Origin: an uncultured Verrucomicrobiae bacterium
GTDB lineage: Bacteria; Verrucomicrobiota; Verrucomicrobiia; Chthoniobacterales; UBA10450
Direction: 5' to 3'
Assembly (NCBI GenBank): GCA_963726745.1
Contig: CAVSDR010000006.1
Location: 416,001-480,000 of the forward strand
Length of the DNA stretch: 64,000 bases
Shown here: in pieces, positions 31,628 to 41,440 of the stretch
Position numbering within the stretch: position 1 is the stretch's first letter
Layout of the letters: every line of letters begins with the position of its first letter
The notes under the pieces: generated by a model
Databases searched by the model: none
What the model was told of the DNA's origin: nothing
What the model saw: the letters and a program-made list of their open reading frames with translations, nothing else
Translations under genes and position numbers: made by a program

Positions 31628-31638
31628 GGAAAATTCCC

Positions 31639-31920
31639 ATGTGTCGAAACATCAAAACGCTGCATAACTTTGAGCCCCCGGCGACGGAAGACGAGATTCG
31701 CGCCTCGGCGCTGCAATTCGTGCGGAAGCTGAGCGGTTTCACCCACCCTTCGAAGGCCAATGAGGCGGCCTTCGCGCACGCGGTCGAGCGGGTAAGCGAA
31801 GTCGCGCACGAGCTTTTGCACTCGTTAGTCTCGAATGCCCCGCCGCGCGACCGCGTGCTCGAGGCGGCCAAGGCGCGTGCCCGGAATGCGAAACGTCTCG
31901 CCCCCGTGGAGGCGGCCTGA
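31639..31920 (+). CDS. DUF2277 family protein
   Basis: [31 protein letters not shown]. Confidence 0.85.
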   Translation: MCRNIKTLHNFEPPATEDEIRASALQFVRKLSGFTHPSKANEAAFAHAVERVSEVAHELLHSLVSNAPPRDRVLEAAKARARNAKRLAPVEAA

Positions 31921-31924
31921 GGCG

Positions 31925-33085
31925 ATGAGTGGCGTTCGCGTTTTGGTAGGCACGCGCAAGGGGGCGTTCATCCTCACGGCGGATGGCGCGCGGAAGAACT
32001 GGAAGGTCGACGGGCCGCATTTCGCCGGCTGGGAGATTTATCACATGAAAGGCTCGGCGGTAGATCCGGGCCGCATCTTTGCCTCGCAATCGAGCGGCTG
32101 GTTCGGCCAGGTCATTCAGCGCTCGAACGATGGCGGGAAAACGTGGGAGACGCCGGGCGGCGGCCCGGGCAAGGATGCCATCGGCATGCCGACCGGCGAG
32201 AGCAACAAGTTCGTCTACGAAGGCAAGGCGGGCACGCACATGTGGTATGACGGCACCCAGCACCCGTGGGAGTTCAAGCGCGTCTGGCATCTCGAGCCCT
32301 CGTTAGGCGATCCGGATCATGTTTACGCCGGGGTGGAGGACGCAGCTCTGTTTGAATCGAAAGACGGCGGCACGAGCTGGCAGGAGTTGGCCGGGCTGCG
32401 CACGCACCACAGTGGCCCGCAATGGCAGCCGGGCGCGGGGGGAATGTGCCTGCACACCATCCTGATTGATCCGACGAATCCGCGCCGCCTTTACGTCGCC
32501 ATCTCGGCCGCGGGCGCCTTTCGGAGCGACGACGCGGGCGCGACCTGGAAGCCGATCAACAAAGGGCTGCAGTCGCAGTTCATGCCCGACCCGGACGCTG
32601 AAGTGGGCCATTGCGTTCATCGCATCGCTTTTCATCCCTCGCGGCCGGAGACGCTCTTCATGCAGAAGCATTGGGACGTGATGCGGAGCGACAACGCCGG
32701 CGATCTTTGGTCGGAAGTAAGCGACAATCTCCCGAGCGATTTTGGTTTCCCGATCGATGTGCACGCGCACGAGCCGGAGACAATCTACGTCGTCCCGATC
32801 AAGAGCGACTCGGAGCATTTCCCGCCGGACGGAAAGCTGCGCGTCTACCGCAGCCGGAGCGGCGGCGGCGACTGGGAAGCGCTGACCAAAGGGCTCCCGC
32901 AGGAGAACTGCTACGTGAACGTCCTCCGCGACGCCATGGCGGTGGATTCGCTGGACGAATGCGGCGTCTATTTCGGCACGAGCGGCGGTCAGGTTTACGG
33001 GTCGCGCGATGGCGGCGATACCTGGGAAGCAATCGTGCGCGACCTGCCGCCGGTGCTCTCGGTCGAAGTGCAGACACTCCCGTGA
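31925..33085 (+). CDS. BNR/Asp-box beta-propeller (sialidase-like) protein
   Basis: Repeated SxDGGxTW boxes ([32 protein letters not shown]). Confidence 0.88.
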   Translation: MSGVRVLVGTRKGAFILTADGARKNWKVDGPHFAGWEIYHMKGSAVDPGRIFASQSSGWFGQVIQRSNDGGKTWETPGGGPGKDAIGMPTGESNKFVYEGKAGTHMWYDGTQHPWEFKRVWHLEPSLGDPDHVYAGVEDAALFESKDGGTSWQELAGLRTHHSGPQWQPGAGGMCLHTILIDPTNPRRLYVAISAAGAFRSDDAGATWKPINKGLQSQFMPDPDAEVGHCVHRIAFHPSRPETLFMQKHWDVMRSDNAGDLWSEVSDNLPSDFGFPIDVHAHEPETIYVVPIKSDSEHFPPDGKLRVYRSRSGGGDWEALTKGLPQENCYVNVLRDAMAVDSLDECGVYFGTSGGQVYGSRDGGDTWEAIVRDLPPVLSVEVQTLP

Positions 33086-33379
33086 TCCGCGTCGTCCTGC
33101 CGCATCATCTCCGCACGCTCGCGCGTGTCGGCGACGAGGTGCGTTTGGAATTAGACAGCGAGATCACAACCGCGCGCATCCTGGACGCGCTCGAGGAAAA
33201 GTATCCCGCGCTCCGCGGCAACGATCCGCGAACACGGGACGCTCAAGCGCCGGCCGATGGTCCGCTTTTTCGCCTGCGAAGAAGACATCTCGCTCGAGCC
33301 GACAAACGCTCCCCTGCCTGCTGCCATCGCCGAAGGGCGCGAGCCATTTATCATTTTGGGCGCGATTGCCGGCGGTTAA
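33082..33379 (+). CDS. MoaD/ThiS ubiquitin-like protein (+1 indel near 33219)
   Basis: [16 protein letters not shown] then [18 protein letters not shown]-stop; C-terminal GG. Confidence 0.82.
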
Positions 33380-33388
33380 GCTGGCGGC

Positions 33389-33814
33389 ATGAACCAGGAT
33401 TTTTCCAGCACTCGCGCCGCGGAACCGGTCGGCGCGTTTCCGCACGCCAAGCGCGTTGGCGATCTGCTCTTCCTTTCCGGGATCGGCCCGCGCGTCCGGG
33501 GGAGCAAGGAAATCCCGGGCGTCATGCTCGATGCGGAACGCAACATTTTAGCCTACGACATCGAGAAGCAGTGCCACGCGGTCTTTGAGAATGTCCGCCT
33601 CGTCTTAGAAGACGCGGGCGCTAGCTGGAATGACATCGTCGACGTGACCGTTTTCCTGACCGACATGAAGCAGGACTTCCCCGTCTTCAATCGCATCTAC
33701 CCGGAATACTTCGCCGGCGAAGACAAACCGAACCCCACGCGCACCACCGTGGAAGTGGGCGCGCTGCCCACGCCGATCGCGATCGAGCTGAAAGTCATCG
33801 CAGTGGCGCGCTAG
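33389..33814 (+). CDS. RidA family protein, likely 2-aminomuconate deaminase
   Basis: LFLSGIGPR, VDVTVFL, PTRTTVEV..LPTPIAIELK. Confidence 0.85.
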   Translation: MNQDFSSTRAAEPVGAFPHAKRVGDLLFLSGIGPRVRGSKEIPGVMLDAERNILAYDIEKQCHAVFENVRLVLEDAGASWNDIVDVTVFLTDMKQDFPVFNRIYPEYFAGEDKPNPTRTTVEVGALPTPIAIELKVIAVAR

Positions 33815-34004
33815 GCACTCGCGCTCCAATTGCGGGTCCTCGCGATCAGCCCGCGTGCTGGCGCGGCGGCGGGCGCGTGCATCTTTCCGGAAGGTGATTC
33901 GCGGGCACGCCGGAAAAATCACACGCCATCTGCGCGGGCCAGACCAGCCAAACCGGCGCGGCGGTCTTGCATTGCCGCCCCGGCAGGCGGATTCGTTTTG
34001 CCTC

Positions 34005-35283
34005 ATGGCAGCCCCTTTCTCCACTGGCGAGACTTTCGCCCGGCAGAGTGACCGCGACGATGCGCTCGCGAAATTTAGACAGCAATTTCACCTGCCAACG
34101 GACGCGCAGGGCGAGCCGCTGATTTATTTTGTCGGCAACTCGTTAGGCCTCCAGCCCAAGGCCGCGCGCGGTTTGCTCGAGCAGGAGCTGGAGGATTGGG
34201 CGCGGCTCGCGGTCGATGGCCATCTGCAGGCGCGCACGCCCTGGTATTCCTACCACGAGACGGTGCGCGAGCCGCTCGCGCGGATCGTCCGCGCGCAGCC
34301 CGAGGAAGTGGTCTGCATGAACAGCCTGACGGTGAACCTGCACTTCCTGATGGCGACCTTTTACCGGCCGACGAAAGAGCGCTGCAAGATCGTGATGGAA
34401 GAGCCGGCTTTTCCTTCCGACACCTACGCGATTCGCTCGCAAATCGAGCATCACGGCTTCGACCCCGAGACCGCGCTTGTGCTCGCGCGGCCGCGCGACG
34501 GCGAGACCACTCTCCGCACCGAAGACATCGAGGCGCTTCTCGAACGCGAAGGCGACTCGGTCGCGCTCGTTCTTTTCGCGGGCGTGAACTTTTTCACCGG
34601 GACAGTTTTTCGATGTCGCCCGCATCACTGCGGCGGCGCAGAAGCGCGGTTGCACCGTGGGGATCGATCTCGCGCACGCGGTCGGCAACGTCCCGCTCGC
34701 CCTGCATGATTGGAACGTCGATTTCGCCGTCTGGTGTTCCTACAAATATCTCAACGCCGGGCCAGGCGCAGTCGCGGGCGCGTTCGTGCACGAGCGCCAC
34801 GCCAGGAACACTGCGCTGCCGCGCCTCGCCGGCTGGTGGGGCAACGATCCCGCGACCCGTTTCCGGATGCAGCTCGAGCCGGAGTTCATCCCGGTGCCGC
34901 GGGCCGATGCCTGGGCAGTGAGCAATCCGCCGATCCTTTCGATGACGCCGCTGCGCGCCTCGCTCGCGCTTTTTGACGAGGCCGGCGGAATGGAACCGCT
35001 GCGCGCGAAATCGGAGAAGCTCACCGGCTACCTCGAGTTCCTCCTCGGGCAAATCGGCTCGAGCCGCTTCTCGATCATCACGCCGCGTGAGCCGGGCGCG
35101 CGCGGCTGCCAGCTATCGATCGTGGTCCACGAGCATCCGAAGGAGCTCTTCGCCAAGCTCGAGGCCGCAGGGGTGCGCTGCGATTTCCGCGAGCCGAACG
35201 TCATCCGGGCCGCGCCGACGCCGCTTTACAACAGCTTCCACGACGTCTGGCGTTTCGCGCAGATCCTCGCGGCGCATCACTGA
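34005..35283 (+). CDS. kynU: Kynureninase 1 (frameshift near 34602)
   Basis: GNSLGLQP, NSLTVNLH, FPSD, DLAHAVGN, WCSYKYLNAGPG. Confidence 0.92.
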
Positions 35284-35304
35284 GAGCGCGCTGCCTAACG
35301 ACTG

Positions 35305-35715
35305 CTACCCGAGCAGTTCCTTGACGCACTTGATCAAGCCTTCGACCGCGAAGGGCTTGACCAGGTATTTCACTTCTTCGTCGATCAGGAAGCGGTGGAT
35401 CTCCGCCTCCGCGGCAAAGCCGGTGATGAAGATGAAGTGGTCGGCTAATTCCGGCTGGGTGCGCTTGATCTCGAGAAAGAATTCGTCGCCGCGCAGGCGG
35501 GGCATTTTCAAATCGCAGACGATCGCGTCGTATTGATGCACGCGCGTTTTCAGGCGCGCCTCCTCGCCGTCGTAGGCCACGTCGACCAGAAAATTTTCGT
35601 CCGCCAGGATCCACTGCAAGGCGGAAGCCAGCTGCTTGTCATCATCCACGAGGAGGATGGCCTTGAGCCCCAATTCGTGCGTTGGGGGCGGCTGATCTTC
35701 CGAATTCATCTTCAT
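35305..35715 (-). CDS. Single-domain response regulator
   Basis: ILLVDDD, CDLKMP, FITG, LVKPF. Confidence 0.9.
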   Translation of the reverse strand: MKMNSEDQPPPTHELGLKAILLVDDDKQLASALQWILADENFLVDVAYDGEEARLKTRVHQYDAIVCDLKMPRLRGDEFFLEIKRTQPELADHFIFITGFAAEAEIHRFLIDEEVKYLVKPFAVEGLIKCVKELLG

Positions 35716-35824
35716 TGGTTAGGCTCTCCCCTTAGCACGGTCAATGCCACCCAGCCGCTGGCCCTTGAGGCGGCCCATAGCTTTTCCCTCTTTCTTCGCG
35801 GAGCGATTCGCCGATTCTTCTCCC

Positions 35825-37133
35825 GTGTCCAGGTATCTCCTCATCGGCAGCGGTCTGGCCGGCGGCATGATGGCCGCGTTTCTCGGGCGGCGCGGCCACG
35901 AGGTGGAACTCTTCGAGCGCCGGGCCGATCCGCATGCCGGCAACCTTGTCGGCGGCCGCTCGATCAATCTCGCGCTCTCCACCCGCGGGATCCACGCGCT
36001 CGAGCGCCTCGGGATTGCTGACGAAGTCTTGCAGCACGCCATCCCGATGCGCGGCCGGATGATCCACGACAAGTCGGGCGCGCTTGCACTTCAGCGCTTA
36101 CGATCGCGATCCGTCGAAATGCATCAACTCGATCGGCCGCGGCGCGCTCAATAACGCCACCCTCGAGGCGGCGCAGCGTTACGCGAATGTGCGGGTGCAT
36201 TTCCTCCATCGCTGCACCGGGGTGGACCTGGAGACGCCCTCGGCGGACCTGGTCAAGGCGGAGACCGGTGAAGAAATTCGCGTCACGGGCGATGCGCTTA
36301 TCGGCGTGGACGGCGCGTTCTCCGCGGTGCGGGCGGCGATGCAGCGGACGGATCGCTTTGAATACAGCCAAAGTTATCTCGCGCACGGCTACAAGGAGCT
36401 GACAATTCCGCCCGCGGCCGACGGGAGTTGGCGGATGGAAAAAAACGCGCTCCACATCTGGCCGCGCCGGAGCTTCATGATGATCGCGCTGCCTAATCCC
36501 GACGGCTCCTTCACGTGCACGCTCTTTTGGGAATTCGAGGGGCCGCGGAGCTTTGCGAGCATGCGCGACGGCGAGGATTTCCGCCGCTTCTTCGAGGAGG
36601 AATTCCCCGATGCCGTGCCGCTCATGCCGACGCTGCTGGAGGACTATCGCGAGAACCCCACCGGCTCGTTAGTCACCGTGCGCTGCGCTCCGTGGAACTT
36701 CCGCGACAAGGTCGCGCTCCTCGGCGATGCCGCGCATGCGGTGGTCCCGTTCTACGGCCAGGGAATGAACGCCGCCTTCGAGGATTGCGAGGTGCTCGAC
36801 CAGTGTCTCGAGGAATTTGCGGATGATCGCGGCCGCGCTTTTGCGGCGTATTCCGCGCGGCGGAAGAAAAATGCCGACGCGCTCGCGGAACTCGCGGTGC
36901 AGAATTTTATCGAGATGCGCGACAAGACTGCCTCCCCAGTGTTCCGCGCGAAGAAGAAGCTCGATCATCTGCTCGAGGGCTGGTTTCCCGGCCGCTACCT
37001 GCCGCTTTACAGCATGATCAGCTTCACCCGCATCCCGTATGCGGAAGCGCAACGCCGCGCCCGCTTGCAGGACGCGCTCGTCTACGGCGCGGTCGGGTTG
37101 CTCGTCGCGCTCGTGCTCTTGCTCGTCTTCTGA
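35825..37133 (+). CDS. kmo: Kynurenine 3-monooxygenase (frameshift near 36084)
   Basis: GSGLAG, GRSINLALSTRG, HGYKEL, ALHIWPR, GDAAHAVVPFYGQGMN; GTG start assumed. Confidence 0.92.
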
Positions 37134-37146
37134 TAACAGCGCATCC

Positions 37147-37587
37147 ATGAAACGCGTTCGTCCCGCCGTGGCGGTCTGGTTGAGCCTGCTGCTGGTGCTT
37201 CTCGTCACCGCTTGCCAGAAAAAAACCGGCGAGCTCTCGCCGGCACTGCAGGCGCGTTTTGACCAAGAGGGCGTGCAACATCGCGCCGAGGATCTTACTT
37301 TTCGCCGGACCAAATTAGCCGGCGACAAGAGCTGGGACGAAAAGCGCGCATCGCTCGTCGTCACCCGAGAGAGTGTCTTTCTGCACGTCAACGGCCAGCC
37401 GCTGGTCGAGATCACCCCGCGCTCCACCGGTCAATACGAAGTCAGCCGCGACCACGACCGGATCAGCTTGCGCGCGGGCAGCGGCAAGTCGGCCGCCAGT
37501 TGGTCTTTCCGCCCGCCGGACCCCGCCGAGGCCGATGCCTGGACGACCGACATTCGCGCCGTGATCAAGCACTCGAAGGCGCGTTAG
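37147..37587 (+). CDS. Hypothetical lipoprotein
   Basis: Signal with lipobox-like VTAC. Confidence 0.65.
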   Translation: MKRVRPAVAVWLSLLLVLLVTACQKKTGELSPALQARFDQEGVQHRAEDLTFRRTKLAGDKSWDEKRASLVVTRESVFLHVNGQPLVEITPRSTGQYEVSRDHDRISLRAGSGKSAASWSFRPPDPAEADAWTTDIRAVIKHSKAR

Positions 37588-38212
37588 CGCGGGCCGCGGG
37601 CGGATGCCCGGCACGCATCTGCCGATCGTGCCAGCGGCCAAAGAAAATCGCCGCGCACAAAGCGCCGGCTAAAGCGCAAGTCATGTCTTTTTGCGTGTCC
37701 CAGATATCCCCCTGCCCACCAAGAAACGCGTCCGCATTTTGCCCGTAAATCTCGGCGCTGATCCATTCGATCAACTCGTAGACAGCGCTAATTGTCATCG
37801 CCACGCAGACGATGAAAAACCCGATCCAGCCGCGCGCCGGGATAATTTCGCGCCGGACGATGATCTCGCGCGCGATCAACGCCGGCACCAGTCCTTGCGC
37901 GAAATGCCCCAGCCGATCGTAATGATTGCGCCCCAGCCCAAGCCATTGCTGCACCCAATGACCCGCCGGCACCTCCGCGTAGGTGTAATGCCCGCCGACC
38001 AGAAGGATAATCATGTGCAGCGCGATCAAAACCTGGAGGAGCAGGGTAAAACGAAACCGCTTCCGCACCGCCGCGAGCACGATCAAGCCCAGGAGCGCGG
38101 GCGTGACTTCCAGCCACCAGGTCAGCCGATCATGCGGCCCGATCCCGGACCAAACCAGGACCGCGAGCACCGCCGCGAGCAGCAGGAGCGTCCATCGATT
38201 GTAGGCGGGCAT
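37565..38212 (-). CDS. DUF2238 (YjdF-like) membrane protein
   Basis: TWWLE, GGHYTYAEVP, RNHYDRLGHF, QGDIWDTQKDM. Confidence 0.88.
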   Translation of the reverse strand: MPAYNRWTLLLLAAVLAVLVWSGIGPHDRLTWWLEVTPALLGLIVLAAVRKRFRFTLLLQVLIALHMIILLVGGHYTYAEVPAGHWVQQWLGLGRNHYDRLGHFAQGLVPALIAREIIVRREIIPARGWIGFFIVCVAMTISAVYELIEWISAEIYGQNADAFLGGQGDIWDTQKDMTCALAGALCAAIFFGRWHDRQMRAGHPPAARANAPSSA

Positions 38213-38260
38213 CGCTCGCTGCACTGAAGTTGCCGCCTAAAGCTGGCGGCCTAACGAACG

Positions 38261-38680
38261 CTAGTATTCCTCGCCTTCGTCGACCACGCCGGGGACCACG
38301 CGATCCTTGATCGCGTAGACGTGGAACATGACGCCGAACCAGAAGAGCGGAAGGAGCGCCAACCCGAAGCCGGCCGTGGCCGTCGCCGCCAGGAGGGAGA
38401 TCGCCACTGCCATCGGCGTGGCCACAAAAATGAGCAGGAGCCCCATCACCCGGTGCCCCTTGTAGATGTGCCCGAGGCCCGGGAAAACACTCAGCAATAC
38501 CGCGACGGCGTCGCTCGCCGCGCCCTCGGCCGTTTCCGGTTTGCCTTCGCGCTCCCAGTTGCAGTGGGTGCAATGGTCCGCCTCTTTCGGCAGCGTGGTC
38601 CCGCATTGCGGGCACTCCATTGTTCCGGGCACTTCCGTGCTCAGGGTTTCCTCGGTGACTGGCGCGTCGGTGTATTCCAC
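38261..38680 (-). CDS. Zinc-ribbon membrane protein
   Basis: CPQC..CTHC, PGLGHIYKG, TM helices. Confidence 0.72.
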   Translation of the reverse strand: MEYTDAPVTEETLSTEVPGTMECPQCGTTLPKEADHCTHCNWEREGKPETAEGAASDAVAVLLSVFPGLGHIYKGHRVMGLLLIFVATPMAVAISLLAATATAGFGLALLPLFWFGVMFHVYAIKDRVVPGVVDEGEEY

Positions 38681-38794
38681 GGGTGAACTCCTCTTTTGAA
38701 AATATCGGCTGCGCCAAAGTCCTAACCGCCGCCGCCGCCGTCAAGCACCGTCTGCGAGCTTGCGCTCCCGAGCGCGCGCCCGCTTTATTCCCCC

Positions 38795-39550
38795 GTGGCC
38801 GCACTCGCCGAGATCGTTCGTTATGCCGACAGCTTTCTGCGGATCGGCGCCTCGGGCGACTGGGCGAACGCGCTTAACGGCCTTCAGGTCGAGAACGCCG
38901 GCGAGGTCCGGAAAATCGGCGCGGCGGTCGATGCTTCCACGCGCACCTTCGAGGCCGCGAGCAATGCCGGGGTCGACCTGCTCGTGGTCCATCACGGCTT
39001 GTTCTGGGCCGGGCTGCGGCCGATCACCGGGCCGCTCCGCCGCCAGCTCGCGCTCGCCTTTGCGAGAGATCTCGCGCTCTACAGCGCGCATCTGCCGCTC
39101 GACGTCCATCCGGTCGTGGGCAACAACGCTCTCCTCGCGACCGCGCTCGGATTGGAAAACCCAACGCCCTTTCTCGAAACCAAGGGGCAGCTCGTCGGCC
39201 TGCGCTTCGAGGCTGAGTTCGCGCTTCCCAAGCTGGCCACAAAGCTTGAGCAGTCGTTAGGCAGCGAGATCAAGGTTTTCGCCAGCGGGCCCACGATCAC
39301 GAAACAGATCGGTGTCATCACCGGCGGCGCCGGCTCGGAAATTTACCAGGTGGCCGCGGAAGGCATCGACACCTTCATCACCGGCGAAGCGCCCCACTGG
39401 GCGGCGGTCGCGGCCGAGGAAATAGGCGTCAACCTCTTGTTAGGCGGACATTACGCGACCGAGACCTTCGGCGTGAAAGCGCTCGCGGCGCACCTCGCGG
39501 AACGCTTCGCCCTTCCGTGGGAATTTTTCGACGCGCCCACCGGTTTGTGA
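38795..39550 (+). CDS. Nif3-like dinuclear metal centre protein (YbgI)
   Basis: NGLQVE, VHHG, HLPLDVHP..GNN, GHYATE. Confidence 0.92.
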   Translation: MAALAEIVRYADSFLRIGASGDWANALNGLQVENAGEVRKIGAAVDASTRTFEAASNAGVDLLVVHHGLFWAGLRPITGPLRRQLALAFARDLALYSAHLPLDVHPVVGNNALLATALGLENPTPFLETKGQLVGLRFEAEFALPKLATKLEQSLGSEIKVFASGPTITKQIGVITGGAGSEIYQVAAEGIDTFITGEAPHWAAVAAEEIGVNLLLGGHYATETFGVKALAAHLAERFALPWEFFDAPTGL

Positions 39551-41265
39551 TGCATCTCGTCTTTGTCTTCCTCGGCTTCTTTGCGCTCGGCGCGGTCTTG
39601 CTCGTCTGCGTCCTCTTCCTCGCGCAACAAGGGCAGCGCTTGCGCCGCTTGGAGCGCGCGGTGCAAGAACTCCAGGGCCCGCGGGTCCCGGTGCCGGAAG
39701 TTCGGTCCTCGCTGCCGCCCGTGCCGCCCGCGGTGCCCCGGCGCGCGATCGATTGGGAAGCGTTCCTGGGCGTAAAACTTTTCGCCTGGATTGGCGGCTT
39801 CGTCCTCTTCCTCGGGGTCGTCTTCCTGGTGAAGTATTCCTTCGAGAACAACCTGATCACGCCCGCGCTCCGCGTGTTTCTTGGGCTGCTCATCGGCCTC
39901 GCGCTCGTCACTGCCGGCTGGCTGACCGCCCGCCGCCGCTATCGCATCCCCGGGCAAAGTCTCTGCGCCACCGGCTTGCTCGTGCTCTACGCCGCCATCT
40001 TCGGCGCGCACACTTTCTACGGCTTGATCTCGTTAGGCAGCGCTTTCCTGGGGATGTCGCTCGTAACCGTGGGCGCGTTTCTTCTCGCGGTAAAACTGGA
40101 CGCTGCGGTCGTGGTCACGCTCGGCTTGCTCGGCGGGTTCCTCACCCCGCCGTTGCTCAGCAACACGCGCCAGTCCTGGGCCATCTTCGGTTACATCGCG
40201 CTGCTTGATTCCGGGATTGCCGCGGTCGTTTTGCGGAAGCGCTGGGATTATCTCCTCGCGCTGGCCGCGCTCGGCACGGTCGCGCTCGAACTCGCCTGGC
40301 TGCCGACTGACGATGCCTCCCGCCTTGCCCTCGGCTTCCCGATTTTCCTCGGGCTGCAGGCGCTTTTTCTCGCGGTCGTCCTGCTGCGCCAACGCCTCGA
40401 GCCGGTCGAGCATTGGTCGGTGCCCTCGGCGGCGGCGGTCGGCTGCGGCTCGCTCGTGCTCGTCCTCGCCGCGCTCGAGTTGCCGACATTGGCGGCCAAC
40501 TTCGCGCTCATTTTTGGCAGCACTTTGATCGCCGATACCGGACTGCTCGCGCTCGCTTTTTGGAGACCAAAAACTGCGCAGCCCGCCTTCACCGCGCGCC
40601 ACCTCGCAGCCGCGCTCGCCCTGGGCCTGACCTGCGCGATCGAGTGGCAATGGCACCAGCTCGCGCTCCCCAATGTCCCGCCCGCACTCGAGCTCGGCTG
40701 GTATCTGGCCTTCTTCCTTCTCTTTTACGGCTTCCCGTTTTTCCTCAACGGCCGAAGCACCTGGCCGTGGGTCACGAGCGCCTGGGCCGGCGTGCTCCAC
40801 TTCTCGTTAGTCTACGAGGTCGTGCGGGTGCATTTTCCCGCGTGGCGGAATGGCTTCCTCCCCGCCGCTTTCATCCTGCCGTATGCCTTCGCCGTCTGGT
40901 GGCTCGCGCGACGGCGCGCACCGGGCGGAAGTGACGCGCGCCTGGTCTGGCAGGGCGCGGCCGCGATCTACTTCCTCTCGCTCGTTTTCCCGATTCAATT
41001 CGAGCGCGAATGGATCACGCTCGGCTGGGGCGTGGAGGGTTTTGCGCTCCTCTTGCTCGGGATGAAAAAGCGGATCCGCCCGCTCCGTTATGCCGGGGTC
41101 ATCTTGCTCGCGCTCACCCTGCTGAAGCTCTTCCTCTACGACCTTGCGAATCTCAGCCAGCTCTACCGCATCGGCGCTTTCATCGGGGTGGCCGTGATCC
41201 TCCTGGTGGCGTCGTTCGTTTATCAGCGCTTTCTCGCGCCCGATAAAAACACGGAGAGCGTTTGA
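39550..41265 (+). CDS. DUF2339 family membrane protein
   Basis: DWEAFLG..FAWIGG, GGFLTP, KLFLYDL..LYRIGAF. Confidence 0.8.
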   Translation: MHLVFVFLGFFALGAVLLVCVLFLAQQGQRLRRLERAVQELQGPRVPVPEVRSSLPPVPPAVPRRAIDWEAFLGVKLFAWIGGFVLFLGVVFLVKYSFENNLITPALRVFLGLLIGLALVTAGWLTARRRYRIPGQSLCATGLLVLYAAIFGAHTFYGLISLGSAFLGMSLVTVGAFLLAVKLDAAVVVTLGLLGGFLTPPLLSNTRQSWAIFGYIALLDSGIAAVVLRKRWDYLLALAALGTVALELAWLPTDDASRLALGFPIFLGLQALFLAVVLLRQRLEPVEHWSVPSAAAVGCGSLVLVLAALELPTLAANFALIFGSTLIADTGLLALAFWRPKTAQPAFTARHLAAALALGLTCAIEWQWHQLALPNVPPALELGWYLAFFLLFYGFPFFLNGRSTWPWVTSAWAGVLHFSLVYEVVRVHFPAWRNGFLPAAFILPYAFAVWWLARRRAPGGSDARLVWQGAAAIYFLSLVFPIQFEREWITLGWGVEGFALLLLGMKKRIRPLRYAGVILLALTLLKLFLYDLANLSQLYRIGAFIGVAVILLVASFVYQRFLAPDKNTESV

Positions 41266-41300
41266 CTCTGCGCCCGCCCGCAGAACCATTCCCCACGTTC

Positions 41301-41424
41301 ATGGCCAAAAAACTCGACCGAAAAGTTGCGCTTCTCACCGGCATTGCGCCAGGCCGGCATGCCGTCGCTCAAGCCGCGCATCCTCGAGGTGCCGACGCTG
41401 ACGGTGGCGGAATCGCTCGCGTAG
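41301..41424 (+). pseudogene. Possible collapsed short-chain dehydrogenase relic
   Basis: MAKKLDRKVALLTG (SDR-like start) followed within about 40 codons by DGGGIARV (SDR-like end). Confidence 0.3.
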
Positions 41425-41440
41425 TTCTTTCGGTCCGCCG

